64,000 nucleotides of DNA, taken from positions 1-64,000 of the forward strand of contig JAUCBJ010004629.1 of assembly GCA_032718475.1 (NCBI GenBank). The letters run 5' to 3'. A program made the position numbers and the translations under genes. The notes under the pieces are model-generated. The model searched no databases and had not been told where the DNA came from. It saw only the letters and a program-made list of their open reading frames with translations. This document shows, in pieces, positions 37,811 through 51,700 of the stretch (the first letter of the stretch is position 1; each line of letters begins with the position of its first letter). This DNA is from Nemertoderma westbladi (taxonomy: Eukaryota > Animalia > Xenacoelomorpha).

Positions 37811-40296
37811 GTCTGTGAAGGTAAATTTATTCTAGATAGCAGTATAGACACCAGCTTCTTGAAGGTACATACACCAGGATACTGCGCAGGGTTTATGGCA
37901 TAAAATACAATGCTCACTTAACAACTTAGGAATTGTACAATCTCTGTAGTATCCGAGAATTGCCAAAGCCCAGCACCATCCTACAGTCAATATGAAAGAG
38001 ACTTATCAGTCTGTGCAAGATCTTCTTCTTTGGTAGCCATTGACATTCCTGTTATGTCTGAAAGGCAATGGCGTAGATAATGCAGATTATGATAATCAGA
38101 TACCACTACCATTTCTTTGGTAAAGTCTGCTTTTTTATTGACTTAAAATTAACATATTATGTTAACATACAAGCTAACAACATGGAACTCCTTGAGATAA
38201 TTAATTTCCTTCAAAGCTATAAATTTTAAAATATAACATTATTTTAACATATTCCATAGAAAATGCGTTAAACAATAAAGTATTCTACATTATTCTCTTT
38301 TACATTATTTTCACTTCAAATTTAGCCATTGAATATCTTAATTTAATTAAAATATTTAACCTATACATCATCAGCAAAATTTACATTGATCGGAACTAAC
38401 TGGGATATAAATTATTAAACATATGTTGTGTCTATAAACTTTTCGATTCTAGAACTTTTTTCAAAAATATAAACAAATATATACTATAATCCACCTGCTG
38501 CATTGCAGGTACACATTGAGATGATATGCCAGCTTAACAAAAACATTTTGTCACCATCATGCAATCCACAATTGGCATGCTCCAATGCAGCTTGCATTAA
38601 GAATGCTATGCCGGCTTATAGACAAAATGGATATATCCCTTTTGAATTTCGAGAATTATCCACAAGGTCAGCATCCTTTGAGAGGCTTTTCAAGAAAGTC
38701 ATGGGATGTCAACCATGCTTATTATCTCCATGTGATTGCCAAAGCACAAGATTGTGCACAGGCTCGTCCTCACGGCGAAAGCAATCAAGGGCCATACTCC
38801 TAGTCATCTTTGTAGCTCTACTTCAAGGCCTTTTCATATTTAACCTAATTTTCTCTGTACAATGTCATGGCGGATCATTGTATTCAGTATGTTTGATATT
38901 AAGAAATTTCACAGGGTTTAGAGAATATAATACAATTATATTTGTACAAAATCTCTCGATAATAATATCTTATATAAGGGCAGAAGAAATGAGGTGCTTG
39001 TGCATGGCTAAATAAGGATGTTTCTGTACCTGTACAACTGTACATCTATAAACTGCGAGGTGGAATCTTCAGTTAGGTGTTGGGCAACGAAACTACCCCC
39101 TAACCCTAGAGGTTTATCGCAAACTCTGTGTAGTGATTGGTCCTCTAATTATATTTAAAAGCAGCTGGATGGGATGAAGGGAGTCATCTTAGTTCCGTTC
39201 GCAGTCCACAGACTGTATGAGTGGGATATCTGCTGCTCCTAAAACTTGCACTATGACAGCCAGGATTAATAAGAACTCAGTTCCACCATCTGGCGAGATT
39301 ACCTGAGCTTATGTGTCACAATAATTAATTGTAACCATCAAATACCAGAAACTCTCAAATTTATAATGATTTTAAAAATAAAAATAATAAATTTTGTTTA
39401 TAAAATTGCCAATTTATCAGAAATAGAAAATGAAAATACAAAAAGTTTCCGAAAATTATGATGAAAATGAACATGGTGGTGATGAGTAGTCTTTTTAGCG
39501 AAATTTTTTAAATCTCTCTCACGCCGGTTGCTAGGAGGCGCCAAAAAAATAATTTTCAAATTGTTATTTACTTTAGTTCATTCTTTTTTGGGTGATAGAT
39601 CGTTTTCTATGCATTTTTCAACCACATTATTTACAAATAAAAAAAACACTAGGGGTTTTATTTTATTAGTTCACAATTTTATGGCGGTTCTTTATTAGTT
39701 TGCTGATGGTGATGATATGTTACTTTTGTGGCTTTCTGTTGTTGGGCTTAAATACATTAGATTCGACATAAGATTAGGCATATTGTACTGATTGAATATA
39801 AGTTACGAATGCCGATACAAATAAATCAATACTAAATGTATCCCATCCCGTTCCAGTTCCAGAACAGGATGGAAGCCGCCAAGTATTAAAATTACTCTCA
39901 ATAATGTCTCTCTACCATCATTGGTGGAACAAGGACTATATTTAGGAATCTTGCTTGACTTCAAATGTTGATGCTACAGTTTTATACGGTACCGGTAGCG
40001 CAGTCGTACGATGTATACCCTTTGTAATACAAATATACGTCATATTTGGTGCTTACCATATAATAGCCATAGATGCATAGTTGACGATATTATTAATTTC
40101 CACACCTAAAGGCGAAGGTAATGCTTAGTAAACATTTAGTTAAATTTGCTACTAATTCGTTTTTTTGGCCAATGTGGTATTTTTCAATTATAGAAGTAGA
40201 ATTCGTGCTAACTTACATAGGATAGGGAATGAGTGTGGTTTCTGTATTTTAAATAATCTAACTGACTTATCTGCTTATAACTATTTTAAATCTTCC

Positions 40297-42153
40297 TTAA
40301 TAGTACCTGGCCCCTAATTTGTGCCATGAAATTAATGATTGTATTGTCAACGAGTCAACCTTGTCGCACTTTTATACTTAAGAACTCGTAGAAATAATGA
40401 AGTATATGGCGTCGTTCTAGGATCGTTTAGTATTATGTATGCTATTACATTATATTACATACATAATTCGTACTTAATTACGTGCCTGCCTTATCGGACC
40501 TTCATGTTTCTCAGTATTCTATTATAGTACCACTGTTGCTGCTGTCTGTACTGCAGTAGTAGCATATGGCCTATGGTTGGTTTGGTCCACAAGACTGGAC
40601 TAATCATGCGTCTACATATCCGTCAGATTAGTATAACCAAACAGTTGTTGTTATTGATAGTGTCTTTGGACCCCGCTTTAAATGCAATCCTGTGTGGGTT
40701 GGATCACTACTAAAGATATTAGTTTAGACGCATGCACTGCACAGCTGTTAGCCTAGCAACGTTCAAGTAATTATATACATATCGATTGGTGTGTACCACA
40801 TACCACATACAGCATCGATGGTTTTATCATTAGATGACAAAAACTGTAATTACGATTAATAAACGGTTGTTTCCACATAATATTGCGGAAGTTAAAAATG
40901 TAGTGAAAACCAAGTAAATAGGTCAGTCAGTATAAAACATATGTATTTATTTATTTTAGAGTAAAAAGTGATATGTATTTTGTTATATTTTTGTTTCTTC
41001 CACTATACATTCCAATATAATAAATAATAGTACATAGATTGTCTCTGTCTTATGATTGGATCATTCTTTGGAATATATTTGTGTGCAACATGTTTACAGT
41101 ATGCATATTACAGCATATAAATACAAAGCAATTTACAAAACAGTAATTTCATTATACTTATTTATTTAAATTGTTTTACGCCGAGCGCGGCTGCCTCAAG
41201 TAATGATATATACAATAATTTCTGAAATCGCCCATCACTGTTGTCATTACGAAAAAACTATGTTATACATATAAAAACTTTAAATAACATAGGCTTGATC
41301 TATTTTTGTTAATCAACAATTTTAGTCTATAATTAAATTAATTTGTACACATTTATCAGTAATCCCGGAATGATATGTTTTTTAATAAGTGGTTTATAAT
41401 TAATTAATTTTTAACTCGAATTAAAACAAATTTTATTTAATTCGATTAATTAATTGTTAGAAAATTATAACATAACAAGAAGTCTGCCTATTTATTACAA
41501 TTAGTAGGCAGAAGACACCTACAGAATTTATATTTATAATTTCCCATCCCAATAAAAAATGGGGTTAACTGTGCTACGTTAGCCGTCATTGTTGTGGTGT
41601 GACGGCATGGTTACACGACCAGGCCATTTGTTTTTGGAATTGTGTATTAGGAAAGTATAATATTATCACTGGAGCTCTAACTCGAGTTTCTGCAGCTATT
41701 ATTATTAGTTTTTGTTTGTGGCAGTAATGTTTGAATGCTAATAACTAATAAGTCGATCAATCATGGATGAAATAGTTGACATGTAGTCTATCAAAAGTTT
41801 AGAAATTCTACACAGACTTATACAGTTCCTCTGTCTGCCGCTAGGGGCGAATTTGAGAGAAACGTAAAATTAGCTGCAATTATAGAACCAACCATAAGAT
41901 TCATCTGAAATTTTGTAGTAGTAATTAACCTACGAGCATTGCTTAATTATAAATTCTACACACAGACAGACTTTTACAGTTCCTCTGTCTGCCGCTGGAG
42001 GTCGAATTGTCAAAGCTCCAGTTCATCGTGCTTAGCACGGTTTAATTGATTATTATAACCTTTTTAATTATAATATTGTTATTTCATATAAGATCTGATT
42101 GTAACGGATAACTTTGACCAGTTATTCAGCCTCGAGTATCATCACTTCGATGA
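40297..42153. mobile_element. Copy-2-specific 1.86-kb segment ending in a Helentron/DINE-1-like element
   Basis: Absent from copy 1; direct repeat acagttcctctgtctgccgct.g.gg.cgaatt at ~41822 and ~41976; terminal hairpin cgtgcttagcacg at ~42027-42039. Confidence 0.4.
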
Positions 42154-43223
42154 ACAACCTCCTATCTCGATTCCGTAAACATGAGATTATTGGAATCCCA
42201 AGAATAAACCTTTTGGCTGGCCTATTCTATGCAGTCTGCTCTGGATTGATGCCATTTTCAAATAAAATGTTACTGGAATATTACCAATTCAACTGTTTCA
42301 ATATGCTAATTCTATGTCAATCAGTTGCTGTTGTTATATTATTTGCAATATTGAATTATTGTAAAATTATTAAAATCGATAATGTTAATTTCGTTGCTGG
42401 TAGATATATGCTGCTGTTGTCCGGATGCTATTATACAAACGCGCTAGCTACTTTGTATACATTGGCAGGATTAGACATACCAATGTACAACGCTATTAAA
42501 AGAACGGTACCCTTCGTTAACCTAATACTTTTATATTGCCTTCTCAGCAAAAGGAGCCAACCTACTAAACTGAAAAACACTGCAGTGTTTGTCATGACAG
42601 CGGGGTGCCTAATGGCAGGAATCGGGGAGACTAATCACAACTTTTTGGCTTATATGTGGGGGATTGTTTGCGTGACGTCACAAGGTGTCTATCTCACTGT
42701 ATCACAGAAACTTTCCGAAGAACGCCACTTATCTACAATAACTATTATTTACATTAATTCTCTTCAAATTGCTGTTATTTCAGCTATTGGTGTTCTTATT
42801 TCAAATGAATATAATCATCTTAAGCAAAGAATAGGTGACAAACATGATGGAACAGAGCTCTTATTGGCTTTCATACTAGCATTGACCAATAGCGCTCTGT
42901 CAATGGCATCCAAATTTCTCTGTGCCAATAGAAACTCCGCGCTAACCACTAGTGTGATCGGAGTTGTCAAGGGAACTGTTTCATCCTGTTTTGGATTGCT
43001 TGGCTTTCAAAACCAAACAATAACGCCATTATATCTTTTAGGATTATCCACGAACACAGTGGGGGGTGTATGTTATGTGTTTGCTAGTAAATGGAACAGC
43101 CATGATGTCTCTAGTAAAGAAAATTATATACGGGGTGATTCTAGCAACAGCGATGATGTGCGTCATGGTGGTTCTATTAACAATGTCCCCAATGGTAGTT
43201 GTCAAGGGACTTCCATTGTTTAA
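42150..43223 (+). CDS. SLC35D-family nucleotide-sugar transporter (SLC35D3-like), copy 2, 357 aa
   Basis: Intact paralog of 33693-34772 with one in-frame 3-bp indel and a different N-terminus. Confidence 0.8.
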   Translation: MNNLLSRFRKHEIIGIPRINLLAGLFYAVCSGLMPFSNKMLLEYYQFNCFNMLILCQSVAVVILFAILNYCKIIKIDNVNFVAGRYMLLLSGCYYTNALATLYTLAGLDIPMYNAIKRTVPFVNLILLYCLLSKRSQPTKLKNTAVFVMTAGCLMAGIGETNHNFLAYMWGIVCVTSQGVYLTVSQKLSEERHLSTITIIYINSLQIAVISAIGVLISNEYNHLKQRIGDKHDGTELLLAFILALTNSALSMASKFLCANRNSALTTSVIGVVKGTVSSCFGLLGFQNQTITPLYLLGLSTNTVGGVCYVFASKWNSHDVSSKENYIRGDSSNSDDVRHGGSINNVPNGSCQGTSIV

Positions 43224-43479
43224 CATTACGAAGGTGATGGGTTGCAATTTATGTTTACTAAGATAGGTTCACCAATTTAAACAAATGAATCAACATTTCT
43301 GACGTTAGAGGGTATGCGAGAATTTCACTCATCTATTACATTGTGTATTTATTAAAATATATATAATTTTAAATTGCACTAAATTAACTACATAAGGAAA
43401 TGATATTAATGGAATGTTCCGAGAGAAATTAATGAAGTATTAATAGAATTTATACAGTAAATAGTATGGTAGCATTGTT

Positions 43480-44910
43480 TTTGAATTTCAGCAATGTGTC
43501 GCGATGTTGTTGCCTCAAAACCCACTCTATCCCCGAATCCAAGCCCATACCATGAACGAAGGCCACCATGGAGGCAGAGCAAGCTTGACCGGAGAAGTGC
43601 GAATAGAAGACGCTGCCTTAGTCCCCACAACACACAAGTGAGGCCCCGTTCTCTCATTCATTGGTGTTTTAATACCAGGGCCTCCGCAATATGTTTTATG
43701 AGTATCTGGGCCTCATGGCACCGGACCCCATCAGTGGTCCCAAAAAGGGGGGTGGAGGACATCCTCCAGTCCTCATACACTGTACAGTAATGTCACATTT
43801 TATAGTGGCAGCATTAGTCCAACAGTGACTCAGTAGAGCGGTTTGTTTGGGAGTAAGAGATGGCATCAGCATTGATCACTGCGACATCGAACGACGCCAC
43901 AATTTGAGAAGTGCAACCCTGAGCTACCAAGTCAGCATGAACACCACCGACTGCAATCCTGGAGCTATTGTTGTGGTATTGTGATAATGTCACATTTTGC
44001 TCCACACTCGATGGTCCTACCACAGAGGCCAAGAGGTCCCCAAATACCTCCCGGACTTCTTTGTGACTTTTCATAAACAGACCTCCCAACTTGCAGCTCA
44101 GTGCATAAGCGGAGGAGAACTTGCCTCCAGACCCCTCACACATCCCTGGTAGACCAGGAGTGACCATGCAGTACCAGAGCGCAAGATTATCACCGAACTC
44201 CTCAGCACTGAGGTCTGTCCCATCGAGCACAGAAGGCTGTGCAGTCAACCATCCACTAGTCTTGTAATTTACTGTCCATCCCACTGTTCTCCGTCAGTTG
44301 GTGGGTAGGTTTCTATAGCGGCATCACGCACCTCGAGAAACCACATTTCGAGTAGTTCCCGTGACTCTGAGGGCCTGGTTCATGTGAACCAAATGATCAA
44401 GCACCTGTAGTGGTACAGTGGTACAACAGTTTGCAATCCCTCGTTGACCAGTGCCCTCCATGGATGCCTTCCTGCCTGGATTGCGTCGTAGTAGAGGGTC
44501 GCAGATACCAATTCCACCATGAGGAGTGGGGAGAAGAACACAGTCATCCTTGGTCTGGTTAAGAGTGGTCCCAAAAAGGATGGGAATGAAAATACGGAGC
44601 AGGGCTGCCCAGATAGGTGTGAGGTCTTCATCGGTAATCAGAACAACCCGAAGAAGCCAATCCCACTCCACATGAACATACGGGATATATCGGTGTGTCT
44701 GGACTGTGGGGTGGGTAGACTTCATAACTGCCGAGATTTAATGGATGTTCACCACCCATCCCTTCACCTTCTTCTCCATGAATGCTTTCCTGGTTGAAGG
44801 ATCACCAATAAATCCCCCAAGGAACTGGTGTCCACCAACAATCTGGATACCCGTGTTCCCGAACCACTCCCACGCTTCCTCGTAACCAGGTAACCACTCG
44901 TAACCACTTT
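43480..44910 (-). mobile_element. CRE-clade RLE retrotransposon fragment (copy 2)
   Basis: Duplicate of 35050-36420; ORFs 43814-44284 and 44324-44725. Confidence 0.8.
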
Positions 44911-45439
44911 GCAGTTTTCTGTCAATTTATAATAATATTAATAATAATTATTATTAAATAATACACATGGTTACAATAAGAATGGATAGAATAATAACAA
45001 AGGAATTAGGAATTGTGCTGGTTATGGCAATGATCTAAGCACTATAAAACACTAGATCAGAAGATGAAAAAAATGTATATTTATATATGATGGACCAAGG
45101 TATAAATTAGTCCAGGCATGTTTTACAGAATTTTGGTTGCATTAAATCGAGTACAGGTCATATAACCCTATTTGTAAAACTTTTTCACATCCACATTCCC
45201 AAAAACATACCTTCACTATGACACTATTCAATAGTATCCAGTATGTTCAGTCATTGGATGGTATGGTGGTCATCTAGCAGACATCTGCTAGTGTGATGGA
45301 TTCATCTATCTATTAAGGTTAAGAGAATCACTCTTACTACGATGGGCATGCTGCAATGCAGCTGCATTATATATATATATATTACATATATATTAAGAAT
45401 GCTGTGCCGGCACAATGAAATGGACATTGGCATTGACAT

Positions 45440-46335
45440 TGACAAAATTGCGCCGCCACAACTGTCACCCACGACATTTGCTAGATCATCCTCATCTCCA
45501 ATCCAGTTCTTGGGCCTTGAGACACCTTTGATGCATCTCAAGAAAGTCATGGGCCGTCCTCCATGCTTATTCGCTCCATGAGGTTACCAAAGCAAAAGAT
45601 TATGCACTGGCGGTTGAGGTGGTTCCATTCAAGTGTCAAGCTAGGGGAGACCAATGGAACACCTCCAATGTTGTATAGTCTGATTGGAGATGTGTTCAAT
45701 GTACTTGACACAATGAAACCAGCGCAGCATTCTTGTGAAAGTGCCATGTAGAGATTTGGCATCCTCTGCAGTTAGAGCCCAGCATGGACTCCCATATAAG
45801 AGTTCTGGAAATATTACTGCCATATAATCGAACCTTAAGGTTCCGTTTTATTCTATGGGACTTCCAAATGTTGGACAGACTATTTAACACTGCCCATGCC
45901 TTGCCCTTATGCATCCAAAGGTCTTTACCTGACTTTATGATCCATGATCCCAAGTTGCAGAAGTCATCCACGTGCACAACTAAGCCGTCCTTAGATCCTA
46001 TGCCCTTAAGATCAGACATTTATTAAGGGCCGTCTAGGTTGACTGTCATGATTTTGGTCTTCTTGGAACTTACAAAAAAACCAACACTAGAAGCAACCTG
46101 CTCCAATGAGCAGATGAGCCTTTGGGATCCCTCTAGTGATTCTGACAGTTCTCCTAAGTCATCAGCAAAGTCTAGATCAGTAAGGTCCTTTGCTGGAATT
46201 CCTCTACTTCTTGTGTCAGTACTGGGTGTTACCATCGCCCTATCTTTATTCATCAGCAGTAGACACAAATGTGGTGGAACCATCGTATAGTGATCGAATA
46301 GCTTCAATAATTTCCTCAGGAATCCCATACGAATC
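45440..46335 (-). mobile_element. RTE LINE fragment (copy 2)
   Basis: TDLDFADDL..LSE, VG..VSSKKTKIM, DDFCNLGSWI, KAWAVLNSLSNIWKS. Confidence 0.85.
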
Positions 46336-48276
46336 ACACTGTCTGTGAAGGTAAATTTATTCTAGACAGCAGTATAGACACCAGCTTCTTGAAGGTACAT
46401 ACACCAGGATGCTGCGTAGGGTTTATGGCATAAAATACAATGCTCACTTAACAAATTAGGAATTGTACAATCTCGGTAGTAACCGAGAATTGCCAAAGCC
46501 CAGCACCACCCTACAGTCAATATGAATGAGTCTTACAGGCTATTTCCATCGTAGAACTGATCAGTCTGTGCAAGATCTTCTTCTGTGGTAGCCATTGACA
46601 TTCCTGTTATGTCTGAAAGACAATGGCGTAGATAATGCAGATTATGATAATCAGATACCACTACCATTTCTTTGGTAAAGTATGCTTACTTAAAATTAAC
46701 ATTATTATGTTAACAAACAAGCAGTTAATTTAAGTAGATAATATTTCTGGAACTCCTTGAGATAATTAATTTCCTTCAAAGCAATAAATTGTTTTTTATT
46801 TTAAAATATAACATTATTTTAACATATTCCATAGAAAATGCGTTAAACAATAAATTATTCTACATTATGCTCTTTTACATTATTTTCACTTCAAATTTAG
46901 CCATCTTAATTTAATTACAATATTTAACCTATATATCATTAGCAAAATTTACATTGATCGGAACTAACTGGAATATAAATTATTAAACATATGTTATGTC
47001 TATAAAATTTTAGGATTCTAGAGCTTGTTTCAAAAATATAAACAAATATATACTATAATCCACCTGCTGCATTGCAGGTACACATTGAGATGATATGCCA
47101 GCTTAACAAAAACATTTTGTCACCATCATGCAATCCACAATTGGCATGCTCCAATGCAGCGTGCATGAAGAATGCTATGCCGGCTTATGGACAAAATGTA
47201 TATATCCCTTTTGAATTTCGAGAGATTATCCACAAGGTCAGCATCCTTTGAGAGGCTTTTCAAGAAAGTCATGGGCTGTCAACCTTGCTTATTATCTCCA
47301 TGTGATTGCCAAAGCACAAGATTGTGCACAGGCTCGTCCTCACGGCGAAAGCAATCAAGGGCCATACTCCTAGTCATCTTTGTAGCTCTACTTCAAGGCC
47401 TTTTCATATTTAACCTAATTTTCTCTGTACAATGTCATGGCTGATCATTGTAGTCAGTATTTATGATGTTAAGATATTTCACAGGGTTTAGAGAATAGAA
47501 TACAATTATATTTGTTCTTTATTATATATTAGATTTATTTTACTTTATATTAGATCTTATTGCCTAAAATTTGCAGGAACATCAGTCTTGTAGCCCTTGT
47601 TATTCTTGTAGTCCTGTGAATGCCAGGTAGCCACTGACATTCCTGAAAGGTTTGCTGAAGTTAGTGACTGTTTTCGATAACGGCAGAAGAAATGATGTGC
47701 TTGTGCAATGCACATTTGCACAAGCACCTCATGCACATACACAATGTGCATGGCTAATAAGGATGTTTCTGTACCTGTACAACTGTATATCTATAAACTG
47801 TGAGGTGGAATCTTCAGTTAGGTGTTCGGCAACGAAACTACCCCCTAACCCTAGAGGTTTATCGCAAACTCTGTGTAGTGATTGGTCCCCTATTATATTA
47901 AAAAGCAGCTGGATGGGATGAAGGAAGTCATCTTAGTTCCGTTCGCAGTTCACAAATATTTGACAATGAAAACACCACCTATTAAAAATAAATCGTATTC
48001 AATACAGTAGTAATTATTATAAACAATTACAAAGGAGCTACTATATTAAACAAACCATAAGAGGAGTAAACATACTACGACAAACAACACCTTACAATGT
48101 AAATGACTTACATAATGAGAGGTATATCATAATTATAAAAAATTGTGAATGCAATGCGTTGTGTAGTGCTGATAATATAATTAAACTATGTCATTGATTC
48201 ACTTGACTTTAATAATAATTCATTGTCAGCTAAATATCCATATCTGTAGTTATATATGATTTTTATGTGATCAATA

Positions 48277-48738
48277 TCAATTGCCTTCCAGTTTGTGTTT
48301 CTCTACAATGGTTGCCATCTGGTTGGTTTCGTAAATGTTCCAATAAACTAGGTTGAATAAGATAAACATGGAAGGAAATAATATTCTGGCAACCCTGTCG
48401 ACTTTGGTGACTTTATCCCCTTTAGGAAGTTGGAAGCAGGCGTGGTTGTATAATCTTTTGCGCGGTTCTGTTGCGGTCTCTGGGACTGTGGTGCCTCGCC
48501 ATTGGGCCCTTCGGGGCGAGAGGTAGCCCAAAGAGGGCGATCCGTGATTAGATGCGTTGTAGAGAGGTCGGCGAAGAGAACCAACACCTGAGGGGTGTCG
48601 TCGGGTACGCGGCGACGGAAGAGGTCGGATGTGTTCAGGGATGTCTACCCAAGAGTTTTCTTTCCGAGGAAGTGTTGGCGAATCGTTCACAGTGAAGGTC
48701 GACAGACGAATTGCAACGAGATCGTTATGGGAGAATGC
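48277..48738 (-). CDS. Receptor last exon (intracellular loop + M4)
   Basis: cctgcag acceptor; [21 protein letters not shown]; stop at 48277-48279. Confidence 0.88.
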   Translation of the reverse strand, partial: AFSHNDLVAIRLSTFTVNDSPTLPRKENSWVDIPEHIRPLPSPRTRRHPSGVGSLRRPLYNASNHGSPSLGYLSPRRAQWRGTTVPETATEPRKRLYNHACFQLPKGDKVTKVDRVARILFPSMFILFNLVYWNIYETNQMATIVEKHKLEGN

Positions 48739-51700
48739 CTGCAGGGAAAATTTGAAAATACAGGAAACAATCAGGTCATCCATATTACCAATTATAATAG
48801 ATAGAAATAGAAAAATATGTTAAATGTGGTAAAGGCAGACATAAAAAAATGTCATGATTCCCCCCTGACTCACATTCATGTACTCCCTGTCCTGTGCGAT
48901 CTGTTTCCTTACAGTCTCAATCTTAGCCTTCACTCTTGTCATATCATGGACCCGGACTTTCCACTGGTTGTAATTCACAATAGCGAACTCGATCAGTGCC
49001 GCAAAGACAAAGGCGAAACTGGCCAGAAGATAAACGTCGATGGCTTTAACATAAGAGAATGGAGGTAAGGATGATCTTGCCTGACCAAAGATTGTACTCA
49101 TTGTCAACACTGTAGTAATTCCTAGAAATACAAAGTTTTTTCAGTACAAACATAGCACATTTCGTAAAGCTTATTGTAGCAATATAACTGTTGCCATATA
49201 TATTGCTAGCTTTTATATACTAGCTTCGTTTTTTATCAATAGATCTAATAAAAATTAAAATAGCATCACTTTATAGGAGCTGTAAAATAACTAATATGTC
49301 AAATGTCTACGAGCATTCCGTGTTTAATAATAATGAATGGGAGAATATTTTAGGCATGTTAGGCCAAGGAATACCTGTTCACCACCATGGGTGATCTTCC
49401 ACAGTAAACCCTTCCACTGTGTTTCCCAAGTTGCCTTGGTTCCCATTCATCGACCAGTGAAGGATGAAAGCCAGGGTTGGGGTATGGCATTTAACCATAT
49501 TACCACTGGGGAGTTTAGACCATTAGCAGCACTGGCGGGTGGCCGATTTGGTCCCCCCCTGTATTTTTGTAATCATCCAATGAAATCCGACGAAATTTAG
49601 GGTGTAGGTGAAAAACTTATTGAAGAACATTTTCAAATCCAAAAAAAATGAAAATTTCATAAGGAGAGTATAATAATTTTCATGAAAAATAGAAGTAGTC
49701 CCAGGACAAAATATAAAATTCTTTGATATTCTAAAAATTCATAGTGTGGCATTGTTGGCTAGCGTTAGGTTAGTAGGTTTTTCACAACACTGAATCGAAT
49801 GTGATTATATTGGATTTCCGAAAATTGAACTGGATGCTATTTTTCGTGCATTTAACCCTATTAGTACCGGGCTATAAAATGTTGTACAAATACCGGGGGG
49901 GGGGTCATATTGACCCCCCCCCCCCCCCCCCCCTCTAAAATCTACAAATATTTACGAAAACGTCTGATTTTTTGTTTGTACGTAGGTATCACTTGTCTGG
50001 ATCCGACCGAAAAAAAAATTTTCGAAAAAATGTACTGGGGTGGTTATATTGCAGCACCAAAATTACAAGTAGTGCACAATTTTCACCAAATTTGAAAGTT
50101 ACATTTTCGGCTAATTATTTTTCAATACAGGTTTTCTGGGGTGCAAAATACATTGGAAAATATTAAAAAATGATATGATTACTATAAATGGCTGTTTAGT
50201 CCTCTCTGCGTAGGAAAAAAATGAAAAAACAAGTAACCAGCACTTTTCAGTTAGAACACAAAATTTTTAATTCACTTATACGATGCTATAAATTCACATT
50301 TTCAGGTTTTCGAGGGCGCTGATTCTAATGGAATACATTTCTAATGTGCCAGATCATTGCTACTTGTATTTTTGGCGTAATTTGGCAAATTTTGGTGCTA
50401 GCACCAAATTTCGTACCCATCACCAAAAAGTACAAGTTAGCGATGTCCAGTGCTGTTTTTATTGATTCCATCGGATTCAGGACCCTCATAAACCCGTATA
50501 ACGCAAGAAACAAGGTGATACTATCTACTTATCAATTTGCATATTTTCCAAAATTTGGTGCTGGCACAACAATTTTCACCCACCGGTGAAAAATACAAGT
50601 TTGAGAACTCTTATGAAATTTTTACTGATTCCATTGAATTCAGAACCATCACAAACCCGTATAACGCAAGAAACAAGGTGACACAATCAATTGATATATT
50701 TGATGGTTTTCAAAATTTGGTGCTAGCACCACATTTTGCACCCACATCCGAAAAATACAAGTTTGCGATGTCTAGTTCGATAATTATATTTTCCATTGAA
50801 TTCAGAACAGCCATAAACCTCTAAAACGCAAGAAATAAATTGTCACAAGCAATTTTATCTATTGAATGGATTTTCAAAATTTCGTGCTAGCACCAAAATT
50901 TGCACACAGCACCGAAAAATACAAGTTTGATACGCTTGGTGCAACTCGTATATATTTCATCAAATCCAGAAACCCAAAAAACCCCAATTGCGTAAAAAAC
51001 AAGTTTCAAACTTTCAATTTACAAAATTGACTTATTTCAAAATTTGGTGCTGGCACCAAAATTTGGTACCCGCCGAAAAATACAAGTTTGAAATTTCTAA
51101 ATCAATTGATATGAATTCCATCAAATTTCTAACACCAAAAAACCGGTGTAAATCAAAAATAGAGATGTTACAATTCATATTTAATGAAATGTAATTTTCA
51201 AAAAACGTCTCAAAAAAAGTGCCAAAAGTAGGGTTAAAAAATGGTGCTATAACTCGAAAAGTACCCAATATTTTTGAAAACGGTTTTCACTACTAGGAAG
51301 ACAATAGATTTTTAGGAAAAGTCATAAAATTTCAGATTCCCAACTGCGTTTGTTTCAGAATTATAATAAAAAAACCATGGGAGGGGTCATATTGACCCCC
51401 CCCCCCGGGTTTAATAGGGTTAAGAAGTGGGCATGGCACTTCAAATTTTGAAAAATACGATATTCGCAACATGCCCCGAAGTTTTGATTTCAACGCCTCT
51501 ATTGGTGTTCTGGACTGCTGAATCGATTGAGAGTAATATAGAAGCCTGAATACGTAGTTGTTCGTCACTTTTGAAGCACCAAAATTACAAAATATGATGT
51601 ACCTCTAAGAATTGAGGCTTCTATATTACTTTCAATTGATTCAGCGGGCAAGAAAACCCATAAAAATGCGTTGAAATCAAAACTTTAGAGTATTTAACGA

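Larger units (their letters stand above)
24725..47954 (+). repeat. Tandem segmental duplication: copy 1 24725-39199 (with a 7.9-kb insertion), copy 2 39200-47943
   Basis: 24725-25641 matches 39200-40156; 33506-39199 matches 40155-47943; cgcagt(c/t)caca is present at the start, the junction and the end. Confidence 0.9.

Noticed and set aside
38503-39015. 170-aa ORF as a gene
   Set aside because: It overlaps an antisense RTE 3' fragment, and the frame is broken in the duplicate at 47071-47444.
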